Below are positions 1 through 9,843 of a stretch of 34,637 nt of DNA, in pieces (the first letter of the stretch is position 1; the number at the start of each line of letters is the position of its first letter). Under the pieces are notes generated by a model. That model was not told where the DNA came from and ran no database searches. It was given only the letters and a program-made list of their open reading frames with translations. Where the stretch lies: the NCBI GenBank assembly GCA_032718475.1, contig JAUCBJ010003510.1:1-34637 (forward strand). Reading direction: 5' to 3'. The position numbers and the translations under genes are program-made. The stretch is from Nemertoderma westbladi (lineage: Eukaryota > Animalia > Xenacoelomorpha).

Positions 1-1569
1 CTGCATCTGCCCGAGCAGGAGATCCATCCCCCGTCGTCTCTCGTCCACCCATTCGACCGCCGAAGCGGGAGTCGCCAACGTTGTAGCGGGCGGACGAGGG
101 ACAACGGGCGACAAATCTGGAATATTTCGCTCGGAGTCCAGGGTATGCACTGTCTCATGGACTGTTCTGCTGGGCACAGGTAGCTTAGTGCTGTGCAAAG
201 GGAATTGAGAAGTAGGTTCAGGGAGTACAGGTGTCTCTATTACCGAAGGGGTGATTTCAAGAACAGGCCTAATTATTTCAGGCTCATCTACTATAGTAGG
301 GAGTCTTTCTATTGTAATTATTTGGTCTGTGGGCTCTGTACTACCTAAGTTGGTGTTATTTAGTTGCCTTCTAACAGCTGGAGGCAAATCAGGCAATTTC
401 TGACGGTGGAATGTTCTTTTACGTCTGCTTAGGCGGGATCGATTTCCTCCGCCTTCAGCGTCGGTGGTATCGCCTTCCTCAGATGATGTATACCCCTGTC
501 TCTTGGGAGTAGATCGACTCATCATCTGCATATTGCTCGCTGTTAACTGTTTATTGAAGTTGTCTTGCTTCTCTTGAAGAATTTCCAACTCTAGTTGGGT
601 TGCCTCTTCAGATGCCCTCCGTTCTGCTTCTACCACTGCCTCTGCTATTGCCAGTGCCGCTTTTCTTTCGGCTTCTGCCGCTGCCACTGCTGCTGCCACT
701 GCCGTTGTCTTTCTATCTTCTATACGTTTTTTCTTTACTTGTTCTTCTTGTTCTCTAGCGATGCGGAGTTGTTCATCGAATTTAGCTTGGTTCGCCGCTA
801 ACCTATCCACATCAATCGCATCTAACACGAGTTTGGCTCCTTCGCTATTAGGGCTAAGTCCCTCTAGCCTTCTCCTCAACTCTTCATCTCCCAAAAAACG
901 CTGATAGTCTGACAGATAGATATCAATGGCATCCTTCTTATGCGGTTTCTCTGCCGTCGCTTCACTTTCCACTTGGGAAAAAGTAGCGTCCGTCGATTCT
1001 CCATGGGTTGAGCGCTCCTCCAACTGAGCTTTCCACCGAGCTGCTCCTTGAACCTGGCGACTCACCCGTTGAAACCAAGTTTTTACGGCAACTTGCAACG
1101 ACGTGTCTTGTTTTCTTTTAGAAGCCTCCTCAAAGGCGGATAAGATTAGCCTAATCCGCAAAACTCTTTCTCTAACTTGATAAAGCAGCGATCCCTGCTC
1201 TTGAGGTCCTTGAGGTTGTTGAAAAAGTTGCTTTTCTACTCGCTCCATAGAGCTGAAGAATCCCTGTGCGTATCCGGCTGCGGACCTCTTCCACACAGCT
1301 GGATCGATGGTTTCCTTGGCTACTCCCATCCGGTGTATGTCTTCCCAGGCAGCTTCTGATAAATCAAACGGGAGTCCGGGTCCGGGGAAGTTCCATTGCG
1401 ACTCGACAATAGACTTCAGTTCTTCACTCGTGTATCCCGCGTAGCTATCTCTAGTTGACCGTTGACTTCTCGCCCAATCGATCTGGTGTTCTTCCACCGC
1501 GATCAATAACCCAGCGAGCACGGCTGCAGGAAGGATGAGAAGGGGATCCGTATAAACCGCATCCGTCAT
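1..1569 (-). CDS. Long uninterrupted ORF (>=523 aa, runs off the window edge) with an Ala/Glu/Lys-rich coiled-coil-like segment and a Pro-rich segment; possibly a retroelement gag/ORF1-like protein
   Basis: Manual translation from the ATG at 1569 (MTDAVYTDPLLILPAAVL...EQEEQVKKKRIEDRKTTAVAAAVAAAEAERKAALA...VEWVDERRRGMDLLLGQMQ) has no stop down to base 1. GC is much higher than in the flanking 1890-5500. The frame stays open upstream to about 1719. The product call is inference only. Confidence 0.7.
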   Translation of the reverse strand, partial: MTDAVYTDPLLILPAAVLAGLLIAVEEHQIDWARSQRSTRDSYAGYTSEELKSIVESQWNFPGPGLPFDLSEAAWEDIHRMGVAKETIDPAVWKRSAAGYAQGFFSSMERVEKQLFQQPQGPQEQGSLLYQVRERVLRIRLILSAFEEASKRKQDTSLQVAVKTWFQRVSRQVQGAARWKAQLEERSTHGESTDATFSQVESEATAEKPHKKDAIDIYLSDYQRFLGDEELRRRLEGLSPNSEGAKLVLDAIDVDRLAANQAKFDEQLRIAREQEEQVKKKRIEDRKTTAVAAAVAAAEAERKAALAIAEAVVEAERRASEEATQLELEILQEKQDNFNKQLTASNMQMMSRSTPKRQGYTSSEEGDTTDAEGGGNRSRLSRRKRTFHRQKLPDLPPAVRRQLNNTNLGSTEPTDQIITIERLPTIVDEPEIIRPVLEITPSVIETPVLPEPTSQFPLHSTKLPVPSRTVHETVHTLDSERNIPDLSPVVPRPPATTLATPASAVEWVDERRRGMDLLLGQMQ

Positions 1570-1649
1570 CTCTGCTCCGCGCTCGGGTGTCAGCTCTACA
1601 GTATCCTCACTACTGGAGCTGCTGGGCTGCTGAGGAATAGAGTTCTTGA

Positions 1650-1886
1650 CTAGCGGGTTGTTGCTGTTCCGCTGCCTTGTTGGTCCCGCTTGACCTGAGC
1701 TCGGGTGCCTATGATAGACCTACGATGTTGGACCAGCCTAGGTTCTGTTATTACTACTGGAGGGATGACCTTCCTCACAGTGGGAGGTGAACTGGATTTA
1801 CGACCAGACGGTTGTACGTCTCTATCTGAGTCGCAGATAGTTACATCTAATATACTGTCTGACAGGTTCTGCTTAGTATCAGACAT
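1650..1886 (-). CDS. 78-aa upstream ORF overlapping the open frame of the long ORF; possibly its frameshifted N-terminus
   Basis: ATG 1886 lies at the AT-rich to GC-rich transition. The ORF overlaps the long frame over about 1650-1719, and a -1 shift would fuse the two. Confidence 0.35.
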   Translation of the reverse strand: MSDTKQNLSDSILDVTICDSDRDVQPSGRKSSSPPTVRKVIPPVVITEPRLVQHRRSIIGTRAQVKRDQQGSGTATTR

Positions 1887-3209
1887 GACTATGTATACCG
1901 CTGAATGTCTACTGCTGTATTACAGTCTGAGTAAGTCTAGTAACTCAGTATTAACTGCTAGCCTAGTAATTAATTACCGGTACTGCTACTCAGTGTAGCG
2001 TGATATATATATAATATATTAGAATACCGGTATGCTTATAGTATATATAACTATATAAGTATTATTACAGACTAGGTTTATCACAGAATACCGGTATAAT
2101 TTTAGCACAAATATATATAAATATATAATAGGCCTATCGGAATACCGGTATACAGCTTACAGTTTGTAGTATATATAATTCTGGAATAGAATTAATTACA
2201 AGTACCGGTATAATTTCAGCCTAGATTTATAGAAATAAGATAATAGGCCTATCGTAAATACCGGTATATCAATTATTTTGGAATAATTGAATTTCTGAAC
2301 TTTAGGGTTACTTGGTTACTTTAACTTACTTTATTACCGTTATTTAAGCAGTAATCCAACTGATATTGAGACCTAATGGTTGTATGGTAGGCCTACTATT
2401 TATAAATCGTTAGATTTGATTTATAATATATTTATACCCGTTTTAATGGGTTTTGTCAATGTTTGAAATAAATGTTATTATTTCTGGGGGTAATCACTAC
2501 ACAAAGCGGTGCGCTTTCAGTGAAGTGTTACTTATAGACACTAAAACAAATATTACTAATTTACCTAAGTTACTTAATACTACAAATTACGTACAATTCG
2601 GGTGAGATTACAATCTCTAAATAAATGCAAAAATTTACAAAAAACACAAAATACGAATTTTTAGGGTAATTTTACAAGAAGTCTACAAACCAGCCTAACA
2701 AAGGGTTAGAAAACTGGTTATTACAACGGACAGGGTACTGCGGTATTTGAAAATAATACGTAGTAGTAAATACACTGCGTTGTCCAGATAGAAAAATACC
2801 ACCGCCTGACGACCTATAGCCGTATCGCTATAGGTTCTACGTTATGTATCACGGAGTGTTCCTACCTAGAAGTTAATAGAGCTAATCGAATGTGCCTATC
2901 AACCACTTTACAACACAAATATAATGCCTACACTAATTATTTTCGGAAAGCACTGTACACTAAACCCTAAATTAGGTACGAGTACTTGTACAACAGATAA
3001 TCAGTAATTAAATATACTTGAACAGCTAAAAGAACCACGGCATCTGCTGGAGTGACCGATGCACAAAATCACCAGTCTTTACCTACGCCAAGCAGCCCGT
3101 GTAGTACCGAGGTTAATTTAACTATAGCGGTATGTATAACAAACACAATTACTGTAGGAACAAACTTGGGGACTTGAATGTTGCGAATAATCGCATAAAC
3201 TCTGAATAA

Positions 3210-3790
3210 TAAATATTACGCTACGCGTACAAACCACTCAAACAAAAATGCAGACTAAATACTGACAGACTACTATCAAGCCTAAATAAACTACAGGACA
3301 TGCAGACTCCGAAATAGTTAGGTAGTATGCGTTCTAACCCAGTAGTACGACTTATTCTTTAATTGGGGGTTTACTTTACAGCAATGGCTACCCCAACTTC
3401 CCAACCGTTCTTTATCGGACAAGGGCTCTACACACACTGCAATCCGTTCAGACCTAATAACAGACAGACAACTATCCAGCCTACAAATTATCTAAATGAT
3501 ATTATACGCTACCTGTACAGACTACACAAACAAAGTACAGACCAAACGATGGCAGACTACTCTCAAGCCTAAATAAACTACAGGACATGCAGACTCCGAA
3601 ATAGTTAGGTAGTATGCGTTCTAACCCAGTAGTACGACTTATTCTTTAATTGGGGGTTTACTTTACAGCAATGGCTACCCCAACTTCCCAACCGTTCTTT
3701 ATCGGACAGGTGACCTACACACACTGCAATTCGTTCGGACTTAACAGCAATCAGACAACAGCTCAGCCTACAAATTGTCTGTACAATATG
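3210..3790. repeat. Tandem duplication, period 287 bp
   Basis: 3266-3420 is nearly identical to 3553-3707 (cagactac...tttatcggac). Similarity decays on both sides. Confidence 0.9.
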
Positions 3791-5514
3791 ATCAGGCTTA
3801 CACGCCTTCTGTTCAATACTGGCCTACAAACAAATAAAACTTGACAGAAATAAGTAAAAATCTCAATAAAAAACCAGGGCGTGCAGTCCCTGATTAATTA
3901 TTAAGGCCTACCGGTATATAATAATCAAAATCGAATAATACTGCTGTAGGTACCGGTCCGGATGATCAGGCAGTCAGGCCTACTGGTTACCGGTCGACCG
4001 GTACTTTCGACTTTATTGCTTACTGCAATAAAGAAGCAATATCCGTTATTGTTCGCGCTTTCAGACCTTTGGCAGTTTAACCCGCCAAATTAGGATGTCT
4101 GTTAGATAATAAATCACTTTAGCCGATGACAAATATTTGATTCACTACACTAGTCGAAACCAATCTGTGCGCGATCATTCACCCGCTGGATAATTCCCGG
4201 GAGATTGGGTTCGACGGCTTAATTTTATTGCTATGTAAGCTTAATGTATTATTCGACTGACAGTATTATATAATCTCTGACAATATTATTCACCTTCGGG
4301 AATATTAACAGTTCCTTTAGGACGTGGCGCTTTATTTATATAAACAGAGTTATGACTTAAACTACTCACAACGATATGGCTTAATTATAATTCACATATA
4401 TGGCACATTCTTTAGGAAATGCTTCGTTATCAGTCTCACTCATACACAATGCTGCACAATACTGCACACTGATCTGCCGATCTTCACTGATTTTAGTCAC
4501 ATATAAAAGGAACACGGACTGACTCATGTAGGGGCTATCAAATAACATTAGATTCACTTCAAACCACTTTAACATAAGTCACAATCGTTATGTATAACCT
4601 TTCTCTCTTACCTTCAGTATATCAAGAATATTGGGTTTTCGGGGTTATTTATCGTTATTCCAAATATAATAATTCATCAACCAAATTATGAAGTACAGAC
4701 AGCAAATAGCAGTATAACAATATAAAGTATGCACAGTGTTACACAGTATGCAGTGTATGCAGTACTGCAGTATGCATTGATTGCATTGAGTTAGGTTAGT
4801 CAAGTTAGATAACGGATATATGTCCTTATGATTAAGCCTACTAGTGTACGGCTAAAACAGTAAAGCACAAAATACTTCCAAGCCGTTCTTTCTTTGGCTC
4901 AGGACTGAATGTAAACACTGCACATAGGCATTGCGTCATTTCTCGGAAATTTTCTGTACAAGGAGCCACAAAAACGCTCTAATTGGCTGACTGAACTGAG
5001 AGACGCCGTAGAACAAAGGAAATCAACACGTATGAATGTCAGCTGTTAACCGTAGTCATAGTAACTACTGTTCAAGAGTAGCTATCACCCCTTTGCGTCA
5101 CGAATTGCCATAGAATCATAAAATATGCCTTTCACAGTACACATACGGAGGAAATAGGTCTTAGATCCTCTAAAAACACCGATACAGCAATAATACGGTC
5201 TCTTACACTTATTAAATCAACTACAGAGTATTTTAATGTAAAAGATAATAAAAATAACGGGGCAATTCAGCAAAGGCTTTTACAAATCGAGATCAATGAG
5301 ATTCCCCGAAAAGATCCATAGAGTGTTAGGTTGCCCTTCTTGGGAATTAAGGGAGATGATGGTTAAGTTAAACTCGTTTTTTTATAAGAGTTTTAAAAAA
5401 GTGTCCTTTTCGAAATCCTCGCCATTCTTCATATTTGTCTTGTTTGTAAGTACACAGCGTTAGAAAACTTACGTTACACGGATTCCAAATATGTAACATT
5501 GATATATTTTGCGA

Positions 5515-5944
5515 AACATACCCACCGAACTCATACAACATACCCACCGAACTCATACAACATACCCACCGAACTCATACAACATACCCACCGAACTCAT
5601 ACAACATACCCTCCGAACTCATACAACATACTCACCGAACTCATACAACATACCCACCGAACTCATACAACATACTCACCGAACTCATACAACATACCCA
5701 CCGAACTCATACAACATACTCACCGAACTCATACAACATACCCACCGAACTCATACAACATACCCACCGAACTCATACAACATACACACCGAACTCATAC
5801 AACATACCCACCGAACTCATACAACATACCCACCGAACTCATACAACATACCCACCGAACTCATACAACATACCCACCGAACTCATACAACATACTCACC
5901 GAACTCATACAACATACCCACCGAACTCATACAACATACACACC
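5515..5944. repeat. 22-bp minisatellite (AACATACCCACCGAACTCATAC), about 19 copies
   Basis: Directly visible tandem array with single-base variants. Confidence 0.97.
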
Positions 5945-6037
5945 TACCGGGAAATCCTATACTCGATCTCACCTATCAATCATTGATGAGCGATTTAAAC
6001 TTATTATCAAGTTACCAAATCCCGGTTAATTTATAGC

Positions 6038-7443
6038 AATGTTACATAAAGGTTTACGGTGTAACAATGTTACATAAAGGTTTACGGTGTAACAATGTTA
6101 CATAAAGGTTTACGGTGTAACAATGTTACATAAAGGTTTACGGTGTAACAATGTTACATAAAGGTTTACGGTGTAACAATGTTACATAAAAGTTTACGGT
6201 GTAACAATGTTACATAAAGGTTTACGGTGTAACAATGTTACATAAAGGTTTACGGTGTAACAATGTTACATAAAGGTTTACGGTGTAACAATGTTACATA
6301 AAGGTTTACGGTGTAACAATGTTACATAAAAGTTTACGGTGTAACAATGTTACATAAAGGTTTACGGTGTAACAATGTTACATAAAGGTTTACGGTGTAA
6401 CAATGTTACATAAAGGTTTACGGTGTAACAATGTTACATAAAGGTTTACGGTGTAACATTGTTACATAAAGGTTACGGTGTAACAATGTTACATAAAGGT
6501 TTACGGTGTAACAATGTTACATAAAAGTTTAGGGTGTAACAATGTTACATAAAGGTTTACGGTGTAACAATGTTACATAAAGGTTTACGTTGTAACAATG
6601 TTACATAAAGGTTTACGGTGTAACAATGTTACATAAAGGTTTACGGTGTAACATTGTTACATAAAGGTTACGGTGTAACAATGTTACATAAAGGTTTACG
6701 GTGTAACATTGTTACATAAAGGTTTACGGTGTAACAATGTTACATAAAGGTTTACGGTGTAACAATGTTACATATAGGTTTACGGTGTAACATTGTTACA
6801 TAAAGGTTTACGGTGTAACAATGTGACATAAAGGTTTACGGTGTAACAATGTTACATAAAGGTTTGCGGTGTAACAATGTTACATAAAGGTTTACGGTGT
6901 AACAATGTTACATAAAGATTACGGTGTAACAATGTTACAGAAAGGTTTACGGTGTAACAATGTTACATAAAGGTTACGGTGTAACAATGTTACATAAAGG
7001 TTACGGTGTAACAATGTTACATAAAGGTTTACGGTGTAACAATGTTACATAAAGGTTTACGGTGTAACAATGTTACATAAAGGTTTACGGTGTAACAATG
7101 TTACATAAAGGTTTACGGTGTAACAATGTTACATAAAGGTTTACGGTGTAACAATGTTACATAAAAGTTTACGGTGTAACAATGTTACATAAAGGTTTAC
7201 GGTGTAACAATGTTACATAAAGGGTTACGGTGTAACAATGTTACATAAAGGTTTGCGGTGTAACAATGTTACATAAAGGTTTACGGTGTAACAATGTTAC
7301 ATAAAGATTACGGTGTAACAATGTTACAGAAAGGTTTACGGTGTAACAATGTTACATAAAGGTTACGGTGTAACAATGTTACATAAAGGTTTACGGTGTA
7401 ACAATGTTACATAAAGGTTTACGGTGTAACAATGTTACATAAA
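6038..7443. repeat. 28-bp satellite (GTAACAATGTTACATAAAGGTTTACGGT), about 50 copies
   Basis: Directly visible tandem array. Each unit contains the palindrome TGTAACA-A-TGTTACA. Confidence 0.97.
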
Positions 7444-7636
7444 TTTAATTTAATTTAATTGATATTCGTACATATGAATAAACGATAGACATAGTACACG
7501 GTACGTAGACATATTATTAGTAAAGTAGCACAATATTAATGACGTAGGCCTATGTAATGAATAACTGACAGAACACGCAGTAAATGACACGGCATCGAAC
7601 AAAATAATTATAGGCAATAATATAAAGAATATTTAA

Positions 7637-8818
7637 CTAACATGTAGTAATATAATTAAGGATATCAGTAATCTCATCAACATTAAAACCAGGTATATCA
7701 ATATTGCTACAACGACAATTAATTAATTCCCTACACAATTCTAATTTCCATCTATCAGCTACATCAAAAGGAACGTAGTTCAACTTATTAACGTGCGTAA
7801 CATTGATCGAGTTAATGAGAGGTATTTTACACAGATTTGCGATAGAACGTAAATTGCACCCACTTCGCGAACGACAATCATATAAAAATAATTTTGCTAA
7901 ATAACGAATGCTTGATTTTTCAGACTGCACTAAACTGGTACAAAATCTTATAAAACGTGAATATAACATAATACTGGGGTGTTTAAACTGCATTACATTT
8001 TCTACAATATATCTATGTGATGTAAAAGGCAATCTAAAAATAATCCTAATATTAATATTCCATGAACTGTATATACGAGTACACGATGCAGAAAAAAGAT
8101 CCCATAAATTACTACCGTAGAAGGATGTGCAATAAATACGCTGAATATTACTCAAAACATACAGATCAGAAAAATAGAATTCTTGTCGAAGTACATTGAG
8201 CTTTCCTATAAATTTTCCCCGTTTTCGTATAATATCAGACTCCATTGTGTTCTGGAAATCTAACATGTTTCCTAGATGCAACGCCTCCCTGACCCAAGGA
8301 AGTGGTCTCCCGTTCAGCATTACTGACGCTGTGGGTTTAAACCACACTCTCCCAAAAGGAATGCATTTGGATTTATCCGGATTCGGGTTTGTACTAAACA
8401 CGAGATGGTTTTCGGTTGCGAACTCCTCGCATAACTTGACCATAAACCGTAGTCCCACTATGGAAGGGCATAAAAGGAGAAGATCATCTGCGTAGCCGAA
8501 AATACCAAAATAAAAAGAACCAATATAACAGCCAACTTTAGATGACCTCAGTTTTGATATTAATTTATCCAATATAATACAGAACAGAATCGGAGATGCC
8601 ACTGAACCTTGACGAACTCCGTTCGTTAACGTAAATGACTCGGAATGGAAGCTGTTCCAGCGGACGCAACATGTTTGATTACTATAGATCCATAGCAGGG
8701 TTCGTAAGAAAAAAGGAGAAAACCCCTTCTTAATAAGTTCCAGAAATAGCTTGCACCATTCAACCATAACGAAGGCTTTCGATAGATCGAGAAGACATCC
8801 AAATACAGGAGTTGCGTT
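7637..8818 (-). pseudogene. C-terminal half of LINE ORF2 (RT catalytic core with YADD, to the stop codon)
   Basis: The frame of ORF 7637..8767 extends upstream to 8818 as NATPVFGCLLDLSKAFVMVEW. The conserved AFD reads AFV here. Confidence 0.9.
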
Positions 8819-9054
8819 TACACCTTTAATTACAGTTGCAACAGCTCATCTCCAATTTATTTAATTAATATCACCTGGCAGCAATACCGAGCTGAATATT
8901 TATTTATTTGTACTTCCCTCCTGTTTCACTCTAGCATACTTGAGGCCGTTAGGTCCGCTGTTAGAGATAGAATATTTGCAACTTAAGACTGCCCGTTCAA
9001 TAGAAGTGGATTAGGTGGGACTGCGAGTGTCAGGGGCTAGTGGCTGAGCTGGTT

Positions 9055-9100
9055 AGCGCTACTGATGAGGCCTGTTAGGCCGAAACGTGCGTATAGCGCT
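9055..9100 (+). ncRNA. Minimal type I hammerhead ribozyme, copy 1 (predicted cleavage after GUA at 9093)
   Basis: Stem I AGCGCUA/UAGCGCU; core CUGAUGA; stem II GGCCU-GUU-AGGCC; GAAA; short stem III AC-GUGC-GU; H17=A. Confidence 0.93.
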
Positions 9101-9394
9101 GGTTCAACCCCCGGTGACGCGCTCCCATTTTTTCCACTTCTGAACAAACCCATAATATTACACCTTTAATTACAGTTGCAACAGCTCATCTCCAATTTAT
9201 TTAATTAATATCACCTGGCAGCAATACCGAGCTGAATATTTATTTATTTGTACTTCCCTCCTGTTTCACTCTAGCATAATTGAGGCCGTTAGGTCCGCTG
9301 TTAGAGATAGAATATTTGCAACTTAAGACTGCCCGTTCAATAGAAGTGGATTAGGTGGGACTGCGAGTGTCAGGGGCTAGTGGCTGAGCTGGTT

Positions 9395-9440
9395 AGCGCT
9401 ACTGATGAGGCCTGTTAGGCCGAAACGTGCGTATAGCGCT
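9395..9440 (+). ncRNA. Minimal type I hammerhead ribozyme, copy 2 (predicted cleavage after 9433)
   Basis: Identical to copy 1. Confidence 0.93.
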
Positions 9441-9735
9441 GGTTCAACCCCCGGTGACGCGCTCCCATTTTTTCCACTTCTGAACAAACCCATAATATTA
9501 CACCTTTAATTACAGTTGCAACAGCTCATCTCCAATTTATTTAATTAATATCACCTGGCAGCAATACTCGAGCTGAATATTTATTTATTTGTACTTCCCT
9601 CCTGTTTCACTCTAGCATACTTGAGGCCGTTAGGTCCGCTGTTAGAGATAGAATATTTGCAACTTAAGACTGCCCGTTCAATAGAAGTGGATTAGGTGGG
9701 ACTGCGAGTGTCAGGGGCTAGTGGCTGAGCTGGTT

Positions 9736-9781
9736 AGCGCTACTGATGAGGCCTGTTAGGCCGAAACGTGCGTATAGCGCT
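9736..9781 (+). ncRNA. Minimal type I hammerhead ribozyme, copy 3 (predicted cleavage after 9774)
   Basis: Identical to copy 1. Confidence 0.93.
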
Positions 9782-9843
9782 GGTTCAACCCCCGGTGACG
9801 CGCTCCCATTTTTTCCACTTCTGAACAAACCCATAATATTACA

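Noticed and set aside
4135-4690. Candidate LTR primer-binding sites (TGGTTTCGACTAG near 4161; TGGTTGATGAATT near 4683) on the - strand
   Set aside because: Neither matches a cytosolic tRNA 3' end I recognise, and no second LTR is in the window.
5499-6036. Two 175/176-aa His/Thr/Pro-rich ORFs
   Set aside because: They are read-through of the stop-free 22-bp minisatellite.
5515-7443. CRISPR-like appearance of short palindromic repeats (also at 29652 and 34317)
   Set aside because: The repeats are head-to-tail with no unique spacers, there are no cas genes, and the context is eukaryotic.
9718-9843. C-terminal ~40 aa of the 455-aa ORF as genuine protein
   Set aside because: It is the antisense translation of the hammerhead repeat.
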